A stretch of DNA of 64,000 nt from a virus. The stretch spans positions 1-64,000 of IMG/VR virus record IMGVR_UViG_3300020452_000254; one strand, 5' to 3'. The notes under the pieces were generated by a model. It did not search any database. It had not been told where the DNA came from and saw only the letters and a list, made by a program, of their open reading frames with translations. Shown here piece by piece: positions 20,377 through 31,941 of the stretch; the stretch's first letter is position 1; the number at the start of each line of letters is the position of its first letter. A program made the position numbers and the translations under genes.

Positions 20377-21822
20377 CTACATTTCAATTATTAGTTTAAT
20401 GTCCTCAATCTGGTCAGCAGCCCTTGCTACTGCACCTCTGTTTTCTAAGTACACTATATCACCAGAGTTTCTTTGTATTTCTGGATATGCAGTACTTACA
20501 GCACTGATTGTTCCTTTACTTGCAAGTGAACCAGTTGAACTTCCAGCATGTACAGTATTTGAACTTGCAAATGCATTAAAGTTTCCAACTGAATCTACTG
20601 CTGGTAAATAATAAATATGTCTATTTGTTGAGTCTACAGATATCACTCTACCAACTGCTGTTCCAGCTGCAATCGTTCCAGCATTTGCAATATAATCATC
20701 AACTGTTGGCATTGTTGCACCAGAATTAAATGTAAATCTGTTTAAAGCACTCAATGTTGAGGCAGTCGATAATACATGACCACCTTTGTTTGTTGGTTTT
20801 GCAACTAGACCAATTTGTCTAAAGTCGTTATCTGTTGGGAAGTCACCAGCACCCTCTGCATATTCTAAACGAGAGTTTACGATAACATAGTTTCCACCTA
20901 ATTCTTCTACTGGGTCTGCACCATGTCCATTTTTAGGACTGATTATAATATCAAATACTGCACCAGAACCACTTGAACTTGTTGCAGTTCTAAGTAATGC
21001 ATTGTCTATACTTGCAACTGAATAACCAGAACCACCATTGTTTACTGTTACTGATGTTATAACTCCAGATGCTACTGTTACTGTAAGTGAACCAGTTGCA
21101 CCATCTCCACTAATTGCAACATTAGATGTTCCATTAGCACCATAGTTAGAACCACCTGTTGTGACTCTTGCATGTTCTATTTTACCATCTGTTGCACCCT
21201 TCTCTACATCCCATTGTGTAGATAAATCATCAGTAGCTTCAGCATTTAGTCCACCAACATCACCTGCTACAGCAAGTTTAGCACCAATTGTTTTAACTGG
21301 TATGAAATCTGATGTTACAAATTTAATAACATCGGATGCAGATATACTATACATATATTTCCATTTGTATCCATCACCTGTTGTTATAATTGCTGTACCT
21401 GTACCTGTTGGCATTGCAGTTGATTGTGCATTACCATTATTTGAGATTACCTTGTACACATTGTAATCACTGGTCACAACATAAAATGTTGATGCCCATA
21501 GTGTTGTAGCACCACTGTTTGCAGTGTTGCTTGAAGTATAATTATGACGATACTCGTCATAAATTGTTCCTGTTGTCCAGTCTCTTCGGATAATGGCATG
21601 ACTTACATCAGTTGATGCAACCTCTTTCAAAGCAGTCATATTTGCATATGCATCATACTCATCATTTAGAGAGTCTACTGGAGTAGGCGGGTTATTATCA
21701 TCTGTCCAACTTAAAGGTCTTCCAATAAACATGTACATCTGATTTGTTCCATCAGATTGAGCACTTGCTCTAAATTCCTTTGCATTGTGGAGACGAAATT
21801 TTTCTGTAATTATCGCTGCCAT
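20377..21822 (-). CDS. gp8: baseplate wedge subunit gp8
   Basis: MAAIITEKFR start; YNVYKVI, DGYKWKYMY, FRQIGL; EDIKLIIEM end. Confidence 0.85.
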   Translation of the reverse strand: MAAIITEKFRLHNAKEFRASAQSDGTNQMYMFIGRPLSWTDDNNPPTPVDSLNDEYDAYANMTALKEVASTDVSHAIIRRDWTTGTIYDEYRHNYTSSNTANSGATTLWASTFYVVTSDYNVYKVISNNGNAQSTAMPTGTGTAIITTGDGYKWKYMYSISASDVIKFVTSDFIPVKTIGAKLAVAGDVGGLNAEATDDLSTQWDVEKGATDGKIEHARVTTGGSNYGANGTSNVAISGDGATGSLTVTVASGVITSVTVNNGGSGYSVASIDNALLRTATSSSGSGAVFDIIISPKNGHGADPVEELGGNYVIVNSRLEYAEGAGDFPTDNDFRQIGLVAKPTNKGGHVLSTASTLSALNRFTFNSGATMPTVDDYIANAGTIAAGTAVGRVISVDSTNRHIYYLPAVDSVGNFNAFASSNTVHAGSSTGSLASKGTISAVSTAYPEIQRNSGDIVYLENRGAVARAADQIEDIKLIIEM

Positions 21823-21870
21823 TTGTTCCTTTCCTCTATCTAACTAAGTTAAAAAATTATTTCTATTAAG

Positions 21871-21878
21871 TATTTATA
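21871..21878 (-). promoter_or_regulatory. late promoter TATAAATA
   Basis: Exact match in the intergenic gap upstream of gp8. Confidence 0.7.
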
Positions 21879-21915
21879 TGTATTTAGTCATCAGATTTGA
21901 CATAAGTTTAAAACT

Positions 21916-24900
21916 TTATGTACCTGTTGCCATTCCTAATGCAGTCCCAGTGTCTATCTGTACACTTGCTGGATGATTCAATATCATACTTCTACCTTTG
22001 TGTTCCTGTAAATCAGAAACACTTCTATTTGGATATAAGGTACTTATATCACTAAATTTAACACCTTCATATGGAGCTTCTATAAGTATTTTACCACCCT
22101 CATTTTCCATGAGTATATCATCTCCACCTTCTTGTATTATGTTCTCTTCTTTTATAAGGGTTTGAGAGAACCCTATTTTTGCAAGGTCACCTAGTGTTGG
22201 GCCAATTCTTTCGACTGGTTCACCAAATGATATTGCATTTTCTTGGATTATTCTAGTACCATCCTCGTATACCATTGTATCTTGGTCTTCGGTTTTAGTA
22301 AAATATGAACCCAAGTTAAATGACCTTTCAGTCACAAATCTTTCATGTTCTTCTATATCTGTTGCAATTTCTAATGCAAGTCTACCACCAGTTTCTAGCA
22401 TCAATTCTTCTGTTGGGTCTATTGCTCTTTTCTTACCAAAGTATTGATGAGTACCAACAATAACTGAATTGTAATTTTCTGGTTCTGGTTCAAACATCAA
22501 GAATCCATTATCTATTTCTTCTATTAGATATGAACCATCTTCTGTTATAATAAACTCTTCATCAACATTTGCAACTGAGTTAATTCTTTTTGCATCGGAT
22601 GGAACATTGTGATTACTATTTCCTGTTGCAAGATTATTAATTATAGAATCTCTACTTGCACTCTTAATTGTTTCACCCCAATCTAATCCACCTGTATATG
22701 CAATAGTAGTTGCATTTGCACTACCTCTTAGACCATGTTGATTTACAACTTCATTAATATCTGGAACAACTGTTAATGTTTTACCAGACCTTGCAGTTGC
22801 AGTTGCAAAGGTTTGTAGTATTGTAATGTTCTTTCTTTGTTGTCTGTTTGCACCTATATAAAATTCATTTTTAGTAGCTGCATAAACACCACTTGGTCTA
22901 GATGGAACTGATACTGGAGAGTTGTGTCCTAAGTCAACTTCTACTATTCCATTAACTGGATTATGTAACTCTACAGATGTTGCAGTAAAGTGTGTTGTAT
23001 TTCCTGCTTCGTTTGTAACTACACTTGTAGTAAAGTTTCCTACATTCGAACCAAATAAATCTGAACCTGTCCAGACAATAATAAATTTATTAACTGTATC
23101 GTGTTCCATAACACGACCTAATACATTATTATTTTTAATTGTTTGACCTATTGTAATTGCATTATTAAGTGTGGTATAATATATTCGATGATGTACATAA
23201 TGTGGTAGTATCTCTAATTCTTTTACAACTTCACTACCATGTGCTTGTACATTTGCACGAATAATTCTATCATACAATCCAACATCAGATTCGGTAATAT
23301 CAGAACCAACTATAAACCCTTGACCAGAGCCTTGGTCTGTTTTAACATTATTATTTTCTACATTAGAAACATGTGCTTTCTTACTAGAAGTCTCACCAAC
23401 TAAACCATGTACAAATGTTATACCTGTATCTGACTGGTCTGATTTCCATTCTGTTCCTGTAATTAGAAATAAACCATCTGCATGACTATTACCTTCTACT
23501 ATAAACCTTTTCATTGCAACATGGTCTGGTTGTATTTGGTCTACAAGAATAAATGATGGGTCTGCAATTAGATTACCACTTCCATCTCTTTCTCTATCTA
23601 CTACTCTACCTGTAATTGTTCCTATATCTCCAGATGCAGTTTTAAATAATTGTTGTGATACTCTTTCACCTATAGTAAAGTCTCTTGCACCAGCTGGTGA
23701 CATACTTCCTGTAGAAAGAGTTATTTTTAATCTATCATCTGCAAGGAATCTTTCTGTAACCATTACACCAGAAGTATCTTCTAATATTATGTTTTCTTCG
23801 TTACCATAGAATACATCTTCATCTCCAGATGCAGTTGTTCCATCTTCTAGAACAACTTTTGCTGGGTCAATTTTTGAACCAATATAAAGTGTTGGTATAA
23901 ATGACCTTGTAACTCTATCCCCATCAAATCCTTCTGTATTAGAACCACTTCTATATGTTTCTGCACTACCATCAATTAGGTTTGTAATTGCAACTTCACC
24001 AAAGAAGATTGTACCTGCTGGATTCAATAATTGTTTTACTACTGAACGATAATCATTAATTGTTCTTCCAACCTTAATAACATATGAATGTGTTTGATAG
24101 AATTTAGAGTCTTGTATTCTTTGTCCTGTTACTGATGGGAAACCTACATCACTTGAATAGTTTCCATCTAATTTTGCAATAGAAGAATTCTTTGCAGCTG
24201 CAGTTGCTGGATTACCTTCCAGTAAATCAAATGTTACATTATCAGATGCAGTTATAGTTTCACCTTTTACAAACATACCAGTTGTTAAATCCATAGACAC
24301 AATTTGTTTATCACTATCTACTTTTCTAATTGTACCTGTTGCACCACTAGCACCACCTGTAACTGTTGTGTTTATTACTGGAGTTCCAGATGCTCTACCA
24401 TAAATAAAATGGTTTTGATAATTTGGAATACCAGAAGATTTATCAAAATGATTTCCTTCTTCTATAACTCTAAGTTTTCCAATCTTTCCAATTGAATCAC
24501 CATAAGGTAAAAGTTTTGCACCCTTACCTATTGTAAAACTATTTTGAACTACTGTACAAGTTGGATTTCCACCTTCTGGTAAAGTGGTCGACCCTGTTAT
24601 TGTATCACCTACACTAAATGTTGTAGTATCGGTTGTAGTGTGTAGTTTACCTATGACAAGTTTTTTTACTTCTGTATCATGTTCAACCAGAATACCAGTC
24701 GTACTTCCAGATGTGACTGTTTCTCCTATTGTAAAATTAGGAGTTACTTTTTCAGAATAAAATACTTCACCGCCTGGATATGCTCTTGGGAGTGATGTAA
24801 ATCCTACTCCACTTGTTGTAATTCTAATTCTTTCTATTGCACCTGTTGGGTTTGCACCAGACTGGTCAAATAATAATTTGTTTTCTCCAGTTGATTGTAA

Positions 24901-26769
24901 TCCATCTTCTAAAATTAAAGTTGTTTCTTCTGGTTGTGCAAACACTTCGATGATAGTACCAGCATTACCAACATAGTTTGCATGTCCATTTTGTGCATAA
25001 GTTCCTGTAAACACAATAGACAATCCATTAAGACCTACATTTGCAGTACCTCTAACTTCTTCAAAAACTGAGAAGTTAATATTACCACCTTGAGCAACTA
25101 TGTTTTGAGATGCATTTGCCCTTTTAACTCTGACCATCACTTTCTCTGGGTCATAAACTAATGGATTTCCATATCTGTCATTTCCAGAAAATGTAGTTTG
25201 TCCAGCAGTTGAAACAAATTCAAGTGAACCAAATGTAGTTCCACTTTCTAAAAGTATGTCTCCAGATGTAGAAGTTATAACACCTTGTGCAAGTGTACCA
25301 CCACTACCTCTATTATCAAATACTACTAAATCCCCATTACTATATCCACTACCTTTTTGTGATGGGTCTATTAAAACCTTTTCTATTTTAGCATCAGTTA
25401 CTTCACCAACTAATGTTTTTGCTGATAGACCTACTCCAAGTTCTGATTGAGGTAAATCAACTGTAACACCATCTGAAACTGTATATAACGAACCTTGAGA
25501 TATTAGTTCACCTTTTACAGAACCACCAATTGCAGCTTCTGTGTTTATGGTATTTACTGTTTCTCTAACTAAGATTGGTGTCTTACCATGAACTTCGTTT
25601 GCACTGTTGTCTGATTGTGTTCCTGCTTCTAATAGTAATATATCTCCAACAGTTTCGTTTTCTAATTCAAATCCTTCTGTATCATCTGATTCTGTTGAAG
25701 CAAACCCTGTCCCATTCTCAAGACTGATAAGCATGTTACTATCGGTATTATCAAGGTCTGATACTATACCTCTAATTGTTGCAATGTGAAATTTTAAACT
25801 GTCTTCTCTTGATTGTAATTCTACAGAGTCACCAATATTTAAAGAACCAAGATAAGGCTCCATGATTGTAACTCTATAAACATTTTCTCCTTCTCCAGAA
25901 CTTACTCTAACAATATTGTCTGCTTGTATTTCGGTGACTATGTTTTGTTCGTTATCTCGTTTAACTATTTTTCCTTTTTCGTATTCTAATAAGTTCTTTG
26001 TTGAATGTAAATGTAAAACTGTATACTCTAACCATTTAGATTGAGATGGTGCAATCATATTATCTTTTGGATATGCAATATCTATATCTTCACCATAAAG
26101 AATTCTAAAAAGAAAATCATATGATGCCATACTACCTTTTGCAAGGTAAATATTATTAATGTGTTTTGCAAGTAATCTTTTATCTGCAAGTATATTTGCA
26201 TCAATCGTAGGCATGAAGTCTCTTCGGAAGTATTCCAAAAAGTCTCCTGTTGTCTTATCTACATCTGCATAGTCTAACAGATTGTTTGCAGCGAACAATG
26301 CACCACCCTCAAAGGAACTAACCTTTGCAGTGTAATTACTGTTCTGACCAACGATTGTTTCATCTGGTAAAAATTGTGATTCGGTAAATACTTCGATGTA
26401 TAATTTATTGGATGTATTTCCAATAACATCAATTCTTGCAGTTGCACCAGATGTTGAACCAACTACATATTCACCTATTTCCCAAGACCCTGTTTGGGTT
26501 TGGTCTGTGACTAAATTTGTTTCATATAAAAACTTTGCACTATCTAAAGGAGATGGAGAGAAGGTAGCAGTCTCTTGTAAAACTGAACCTTCTCCATCCT
26601 CTAAACCTATAGTGTCTAGGTCTATACCTTCTTTATGAATAAGAATACCTTTCTCAAGAAAGTCGAAGTATGCAGACAAGAACTTTTTGAGTCCTTGTCC
26701 TTCCTCGTTGATATACTCTGGTAAGAGTTCGTCAATTTGGTCTACTATTCTGTCATTGAGAATCGGCAT
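21916..26769 (-). CDS. gp7: baseplate wedge initiator, gp7-like
   Basis: YLAKGS...FLFRILYGE; IQDSKFYQTHSYVIK...PAGTIFFGE; lies between gp6 and gp8. Confidence 0.7.
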   Translation of the reverse strand: MPILNDRIVDQIDELLPEYINEEGQGLKKFLSAYFDFLEKGILIHKEGIDLDTIGLEDGEGSVLQETATFSPSPLDSAKFLYETNLVTDQTQTGSWEIGEYVVGSTSGATARIDVIGNTSNKLYIEVFTESQFLPDETIVGQNSNYTAKVSSFEGGALFAANNLLDYADVDKTTGDFLEYFRRDFMPTIDANILADKRLLAKHINNIYLAKGSMASYDFLFRILYGEDIDIAYPKDNMIAPSQSKWLEYTVLHLHSTKNLLEYEKGKIVKRDNEQNIVTEIQADNIVRVSSGEGENVYRVTIMEPYLGSLNIGDSVELQSREDSLKFHIATIRGIVSDLDNTDSNMLISLENGTGFASTESDDTEGFELENETVGDILLLEAGTQSDNSANEVHGKTPILVRETVNTINTEAAIGGSVKGELISQGSLYTVSDGVTVDLPQSELGVGLSAKTLVGEVTDAKIEKVLIDPSQKGSGYSNGDLVVFDNRGSGGTLAQGVITSTSGDILLESGTTFGSLEFVSTAGQTTFSGNDRYGNPLVYDPEKVMVRVKRANASQNIVAQGGNINFSVFEEVRGTANVGLNGLSIVFTGTYAQNGHANYVGNAGTIIEVFAQPEETTLILEDGLQSTGENKLLFDQSGANPTGAIERIRITTSGVGFTSLPRAYPGGEVFYSEKVTPNFTIGETVTSGSTTGILVEHDTEVKKLVIGKLHTTTDTTTFSVGDTITGSTTLPEGGNPTCTVVQNSFTIGKGAKLLPYGDSIGKIGKLRVIEEGNHFDKSSGIPNYQNHFIYGRASGTPVINTTVTGGASGATGTIRKVDSDKQIVSMDLTTGMFVKGETITASDNVTFDLLEGNPATAAAKNSSIAKLDGNYSSDVGFPSVTGQRIQDSKFYQTHSYVIKVGRTINDYRSVVKQLLNPAGTIFFGEVAITNLIDGSAETYRSGSNTEGFDGDRVTRSFIPTLYIGSKIDPAKVVLEDGTTASGDEDVFYGNEENIILEDTSGVMVTERFLADDRLKITLSTGSMSPAGARDFTIGERVSQQLFKTASGDIGTITGRVVDRERDGSGNLIADPSFILVDQIQPDHVAMKRFIVEGNSHADGLFLITGTEWKSDQSDTGITFVHGLVGETSSKKAHVSNVENNNVKTDQGSGQGFIVGSDITESDVGLYDRIIRANVQAHGSEVVKELEILPHYVHHRIYYTTLNNAITIGQTIKNNNVLGRVMEHDTVNKFIIVWTGSDLFGSNVGNFTTSVVTNEAGNTTHFTATSVELHNPVNGIVEVDLGHNSPVSVPSRPSGVYAATKNEFYIGANRQQRKNITILQTFATATARSGKTLTVVPDINEVVNQHGLRGSANATTIAYTGGLDWGETIKSASRDSIINNLATGNSNHNVPSDAKRINSVANVDEEFIITEDGSYLIEEIDNGFLMFEPEPENYNSVIVGTHQYFGKKRAIDPTEELMLETGGRLALEIATDIEEHERFVTERSFNLGSYFTKTEDQDTMVYEDGTRIIQENAISFGEPVERIGPTLGDLAKIGFSQTLIKEENIIQEGGDDILMENEGGKILIEAPYEGVKFSDISTLYPNRSVSDLQEHKGRSMILNHPASVQIDTGTALGMATGT

Positions 26770-26779
26770 TTAATTATCC

Positions 26780-27241
26780 TTAAGATACAGTGTACCCATT
26801 ACCACCTATAACTGCCCATGCTGAACCAGTGTATAATAATACAACTGAATCGCCTTGGTCGTCTAGTCTGGCTTTAGTACCACTACCAAGTAATGAACTT
26901 GGAGTAATATCTGCATTACCACCACTATCTGTTGCACAAACAAATATTTTAATTTGTCCTGTTGTACCAGCAGCAAGTGTCACACTAGTGTTTCCACTTG
27001 AGTGAGTAGTTAAGATGGTTGCCCATTTATCTACTGCAGCTGCATGTGCAGAAGCAGTTAAACTAACTGTCTCCGCAGCTTGTCCAAACGCAACAAAGTC
27101 TGGAAGTGATTTTAAAACATTACTGACTGAAACCTTTTTGTTTACTGGAGTTCCAGAAGGGTCGTCAATAACATGAAGCAAGTCTTCACCTGCGATGCCT
27201 GTCCCTAAGTCGGACAATGCTGTTACTTTTTTATCTGCCAT
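26780..27241 (-). CDS. hypothetical structural protein
   Basis: [10 protein letters not shown]... 153 aa, GAGG RBS. Confidence 0.6.
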   Translation of the reverse strand: MADKKVTALSDLGTGIAGEDLLHVIDDPSGTPVNKKVSVSNVLKSLPDFVAFGQAAETVSLTASAHAAAVDKWATILTTHSSGNTSVTLAAGTTGQIKIFVCATDSGGNADITPSSLLGSGTKARLDDQGDSVVLLYTGSAWAVIGGNGYTVS

Positions 27242-27324
27242 TTTAAGTTTCCTCTCTAATTTAGCATTAATTTAAACCCACAACTTGTGGGAATTCTACT
27301 TCATGCATACACATGAATCATAGT

Positions 27325-29196
27325 TTAGGAGTAACTAGTTGAGGAAGTATATCCCACTCCAGCACTCGTATCACCAGAGGCAATGGTGTCTGTTGCACCA
27401 GTTACCTTTATCAATGATGTATTGATGTCTAGGAGATTTGACCTAAACCCAACAACATCATATGAACTTGGAATCAAAGTAAAATGTATTGTCCCATCTG
27501 TGTTAGATGTTTCTAATATAGTAATACCATTGATTGTAATTTTTCCATTTGCATAGTCAACTGTTCCTGCTTGACTATCTGCATATACTCTTTCTGAACC
27601 AGCAAAAGAATATCTTCGTACATTTCCTTTACCATCATCATCAAAGTAATATGTATCTGTATAACCAGATACTTTAAAACCTGTTGTACTTATAACTCCA
27701 CCAGCCATTGCATTATGTCCTTCATGTGGATTATATAAACTATTACCACTACCAACTTCTACAGTATATCCTAATGACTGATTTAATGTTGGTGTGATTG
27801 TCTTTCTAAGTTTAACAGTTGTTATATTCGAAAGAATCGAAGATTCTGCACTGTCTATATCTGATGTTAGAACTGAGTGCCTAAAAATACTGTCAAACCC
27901 ACTAAGGTAAGTGTTATCATGTGTAATGATAGCAGCTCTTACTAGTGTTTCTAATTCAGACACAGTTTTAGTTGTTGTACGAGGATTAAACTTAAAGTTT
28001 GATTCTACTATGACATCAATAATTGATGCATCAATTAATTCTGGTCTGACTGTTAACATATTTAATGTTTTTAATTTATCCTTCAACAAAATCTTTTCAG
28101 AGGTCGTTAGTTTATTTACATTCTGAGAAGGTTTAATTGAAATAAATATTTTTCCATATTGTGGTGGGTTGTTATCTTCTCCACCCCAGACTGCAATTGA
28201 ATCTGCGCCTGGATATAAAGTTTGTAGTTTAGATTTATAATCTTCTACTGTAACTAATCTGTTTTGTGATGTATAGAATTTAGAAGCTGCAAATCTGATT
28301 GACTCAATACCTTCTTTGTCTTTACCACCAGAAGAATTATTTTTTGTTGTAATAGTAACATTAGTATTACCACCAATAGAATCAGTTAAACTAAATATTT
28401 TTGCATCCTCTGTATGTAATGGATTAGTTACTAAGTATGAGATTGTAATTGTATCTCCATCCAAAGGTTCTGCACTAATAATACCATCACCAAAATAAAC
28501 TTCAAATTGTCCTAAATCATTTTCTTGTACATACCAAACTTTACTATCTTTATTTACTGCACTAATATCTTTTGCTTGTGTCCATGCAGAACTTGAACCA
28601 CCAGTAGATTGTATTGTAACTGTAATGGTTGAAGTGTCAACTAATTCTTCTGTTAATGCAAATCTTTGATTTTGTATTTGACCATTGTATGCAAATATAT
28701 CAGAGTTCATTGTTCCTTGATATATTTCTAAATCTTCAAATTTAAATACACTTAATACTGGTGTTATTGTTTTTGTTTCTAATAACACATAGTTATAAAT
28801 TGCACCATCATAATTTGTTTTAAATTTATGTCCTCTATTAAGAGTTAATGATGTTGGTGTGCTTCCACCAATCAAAGGATTGTTTACTTGTAAATCTATT
28901 TTTGCCATTGAAGCAGTTGCACTAGTAGGAGTATATCCAATTTCTTTTGCACGAGAAACTATATTCTTTCTTATTTGTGCAGTATCTAAGAATAACTCAG
29001 ATGCAACCATGTTTGCATTAAATGCTGATACATGTGAACTGTATGCAAGTAGGTCTATTAATATATTAATATTACTACCTTCAAAGTTATAGTCTTTGAG
29101 AGTCGATTGACCCTTAAGATATTCTTTTAGATTATTTCCAATTTTGTCAAAATCTAAATCTGTAATATTTACCTGTGAACTTTTTACTGTTGCCAT
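27325..29196 (-). CDS. gp6: baseplate wedge subunit gp6
   Basis: LDFDKI...DYNFEGS...LAY; QNRLVTVEDY; WGGEDN.PPQYGKIFISIKP. Confidence 0.9.
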   Translation of the reverse strand: MATVKSSQVNITDLDFDKIGNNLKEYLKGQSTLKDYNFEGSNINILIDLLAYSSHVSAFNANMVASELFLDTAQIRKNIVSRAKEIGYTPTSATASMAKIDLQVNNPLIGGSTPTSLTLNRGHKFKTNYDGAIYNYVLLETKTITPVLSVFKFEDLEIYQGTMNSDIFAYNGQIQNQRFALTEELVDTSTITVTIQSTGGSSSAWTQAKDISAVNKDSKVWYVQENDLGQFEVYFGDGIISAEPLDGDTITISYLVTNPLHTEDAKIFSLTDSIGGNTNVTITTKNNSSGGKDKEGIESIRFAASKFYTSQNRLVTVEDYKSKLQTLYPGADSIAVWGGEDNNPPQYGKIFISIKPSQNVNKLTTSEKILLKDKLKTLNMLTVRPELIDASIIDVIVESNFKFNPRTTTKTVSELETLVRAAIITHDNTYLSGFDSIFRHSVLTSDIDSAESSILSNITTVKLRKTITPTLNQSLGYTVEVGSGNSLYNPHEGHNAMAGGVISTTGFKVSGYTDTYYFDDDGKGNVRRYSFAGSERVYADSQAGTVDYANGKITINGITILETSNTDGTIHFTLIPSSYDVVGFRSNLLDINTSLIKVTGATDTIASGDTSAGVGYTSSTSYS

Positions 29197-29606
29197 TATC
29201 TTATTCTCTCCAATATGACTTCTAACTCTTGTGGTTCTGCAATACCAACTACACCATAATGAACATTAACATGTAAAGCATTATGTCCTGTGGATGTTAA
29301 ATAAATGTTTTCTACTGAAACTCTTGGTTCTAACATTTGTAAAGAATCTACTATCTGTCTTCTGATTTGTGTTTTTGTCATGTCATCTGCAAGTTCAAAT
29401 AGGAGTCCCCTTAAATTAGCACCAAAGTTTGGTTTAAAAGGTCTCTCATAATTATTAGTTAACATTATATTTCTTACAGACCTTTTAACTGCTTCTTTAT
29501 CAGTTTTTAAAATCAAATCACCAGAAGATGGATGAGGTGTAAGATTGAAGTCTACATCTGTATACCACTTTCTTGCAGTTAGTTTATTTTGATTTTGCAT
29601 ACTCAT
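29196..29606 (-). CDS. gp25: baseplate wedge subunit gp25
   Basis: AVKRSVRNIMLTNNYERPFKPNFG...EPRV. Confidence 0.9.
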   Translation of the reverse strand: MSMQNQNKLTARKWYTDVDFNLTPHPSSGDLILKTDKEAVKRSVRNIMLTNNYERPFKPNFGANLRGLLFELADDMTKTQIRRQIVDSLQMLEPRVSVENIYLTSTGHNALHVNVHYGVVGIAEPQELEVILERIR

Positions 29607-29614
29607 AATAGTAT

Positions 29615-30805
29615 TTATGCATCAACTGTTAGTGCATTTGCAATATTAATTTCTTTTGGTACACCTATTGCTTCTAGGAACATACAAAAGTCAAATGGAA
29701 TAGATATCGGAAGTTTGAAACCAATCTGTTCAAAGAACTCAGTAACTTTTTCCATCCACTCTTCAATTAACTTTTGTGGGAAGTCTCTAAAGTATGCTCT
29801 AATTTTATTAATTATTTTTTGAGTATCCCAATTAGGAAAATCTATTTTTTTATCTTCACTATCTAAATTAATTAAATCACCAACTGTAAGTCCTATTAAA
29901 GGTAATTGAATATTTAATAAATAATCTTTAAATGATATACCTGTCTCTTCTTTTATTTCTTTCCATTTGTCTTTAATTGATTGCATAAAACCATCTACAT
30001 CAAATGTTAATATATCTATTACTAAAGATGGAATAAAATCTAAACCTAATGCATCCCATATTTCTTTAAATACTTTTATTAATTTTTCAAACCCATAATA
30101 AATAGAATTGGTCAACATATTTTTTATTTCACCAATCATTTCTTTAAACATTTGAGTCATGGTTAAATCTGGTGAATCAACACCATCTGTTCCATCAAAG
30201 TTTTCTTTAGATAAATCTGGTAAGAAATCTTTTAATTCTTCAAACCTATCTTGCATTTGTTTTATAAGTTCACCTTTATATTCTGGTTCTTTTACTAGTC
30301 TTACTACATCAACTTTAATACCAAATATTGGGTCGGTAAACTCTAAGTCAAATGGAATTAATTCTGAAAGTGCTTCTGCAATCTTAACTGCTGGAAATAA
30401 TTTAAATTCTTCTATGAGTGCTTCTATTCTTCCTTCCCACTCTATTTCTTTTATATCTAAATCTGGATTCCATGTAAAGGATAAAGGGAATGCACCTAAT
30501 ACATCTTCTATTTGTTGTAATTCTTCCCAACCATATCTATTTCCTATTGCAAGAAATATTTGTTTTAAATCGTCTGCTGTTGGTACTACTACTTCTGGAC
30601 AAGGAACTTTTGCTTTTGCAGTGACAACAACTTCTTCTATCATACCACCTTGTCCATCTGGCACCATTTTTATTTTATAATTATCAGCAAGAACATTACC
30701 TGCGTCATCGGTTAATGTCACAACTAAGGTATGTTGAGTATGTGGTTTTGGTACTGCAAAACCTACACCTTCTGGATACTCTGGGAGTTTACTTAAATCG
30801 GTCAT
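29615..30805 (-). CDS. hypothetical protein (helical, acidic) between gp5 and gp25
   Basis: 396-aa ORF with no recognisable motif. Confidence 0.6.
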   Translation of the reverse strand: MTDLSKLPEYPEGVGFAVPKPHTQHTLVVTLTDDAGNVLADNYKIKMVPDGQGGMIEEVVVTAKAKVPCPEVVVPTADDLKQIFLAIGNRYGWEELQQIEDVLGAFPLSFTWNPDLDIKEIEWEGRIEALIEEFKLFPAVKIAEALSELIPFDLEFTDPIFGIKVDVVRLVKEPEYKGELIKQMQDRFEELKDFLPDLSKENFDGTDGVDSPDLTMTQMFKEMIGEIKNMLTNSIYYGFEKLIKVFKEIWDALGLDFIPSLVIDILTFDVDGFMQSIKDKWKEIKEETGISFKDYLLNIQLPLIGLTVGDLINLDSEDKKIDFPNWDTQKIINKIRAYFRDFPQKLIEEWMEKVTEFFEQIGFKLPISIPFDFCMFLEAIGVPKEINIANALTVDA

Positions 30806-30807
30806 AA

Positions 30808-31941
30808 TTAATCGTATGCACTTCCATTAAGAGATATTTTCCCTTTTATTATAATTGCTTTATCTGGGTCTGTTGTAGTTATATTAATATCTCCACCATG
30901 TGCAGTGAAATTAATATTACCACCATTATCTGCACTACCTTTATAAGAATTAATATTATAATTACCATTAGAAAGTTCTATATCGGCACTACCAGCAATT
31001 AATACTTTTTTATCTTTTAATATTATTTCGTAATTATTATTTGCAACTTTCATGGTCATATCACCATCTCGAAGAAATTCTATTCTACTACCACTTCGGT
31101 GATATAAATGCAACCTTTCTGCATTAGGAGTGTCATCCATTTCTAATATATGTCCAGATTCAGATTCAATCATATGATTAAAAGGATACTGAGGAGAAAT
31201 ACTTTCACGAGTCGGTTCTTTAACAGATGTACCTTCATGTTTTTGTATAACATCATTTGGATAGGTTAAACTAGACCCAGTGATTGCATTTTCATTTATA
31301 TCGGATTTAGGGTTACCCAAGTCCTCTGTTATTGGACTACCATAATCATCTTCTGTAGTTTTAATACCACCCATATAAGATTCTCTTGGGTAGGTTTCAC
31401 CTTCTATATTATTGGTAAGAGTCGTCCCATTTCCATCCATATATGCAGTAAGAAAAGGTCGTCCCAGAGGTGAGGTTTCTAGAGACCCTCTAAGAGTGAA
31501 ATTACGACCAGTCTTAGGTTTGTCTACACTATCTGCATAATCACCTACTGTAGGTCTTCTAGGGTCGTTAAAACCATGTTCTGGTGACCTATCTTCTGCA
31601 TTATCTGGATTATTCTGAACAATTTTCCATTTTCTAGTCGGTCTTCCAAATAATGACCCAATAACCACAAAATCTTGCATATCTTCCTCATCTCGGAAGA
31701 ATCCCATGACTGTAGAACCTTCTACGAGTCCATGAGGTGATAATCCAAGTCCAGAAAGACTCGGAGCAGTGGTCGGCATAAGGACATCACTCCAAGGCAA
31801 GTCTGGAGATGCAATCATAGTTTTATCATCAGTATGAAGTCCATAGATACGAACTCTCACACGACCCAAATATAATGGGTCATTTCGGTCTTCGATTACT
31901 CCTGTGAAGAAGTTATTTTTTAATCCTGTGAATGTAGGCAT
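30808..31941 (-). CDS. gp5: baseplate hub/spike gp5-like (OB-fold; no lysozyme domain seen)
   Basis: FFTGVIEDRNDPLYLGRVRVRIYGLH...LPW; YPFNH...ESGHILEMDDTP; start moved to MPTF at 31941. Confidence 0.85.
   Translation of the reverse strand: MPTFTGLKNNFFTGVIEDRNDPLYLGRVRVRIYGLHTDDKTMIASPDLPWSDVLMPTTAPSLSGLGLSPHGLVEGSTVMGFFRDEEDMQDFVVIGSLFGRPTRKWKIVQNNPDNAEDRSPEHGFNDPRRPTVGDYADSVDKPKTGRNFTLRGSLETSPLGRPFLTAYMDGNGTTLTNNIEGETYPRESYMGGIKTTEDDYGSPITEDLGNPKSDINENAITGSSLTYPNDVIQKHEGTSVKEPTRESISPQYPFNHMIESESGHILEMDDTPNAERLHLYHRSGSRIEFLRDGDMTMKVANNNYEIILKDKKVLIAGSADIELSNGNYNINSYKGSADNGGNINFTAHGGDINITTTDPDKAIIIKGKISLNGSAYD

Noticed and set aside
27277-27317. Two short hairpins after gp6 as a terminator or ncRNA
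   Set aside because: Stems are only 6-7 bp with a weak U-tract; insufficient support
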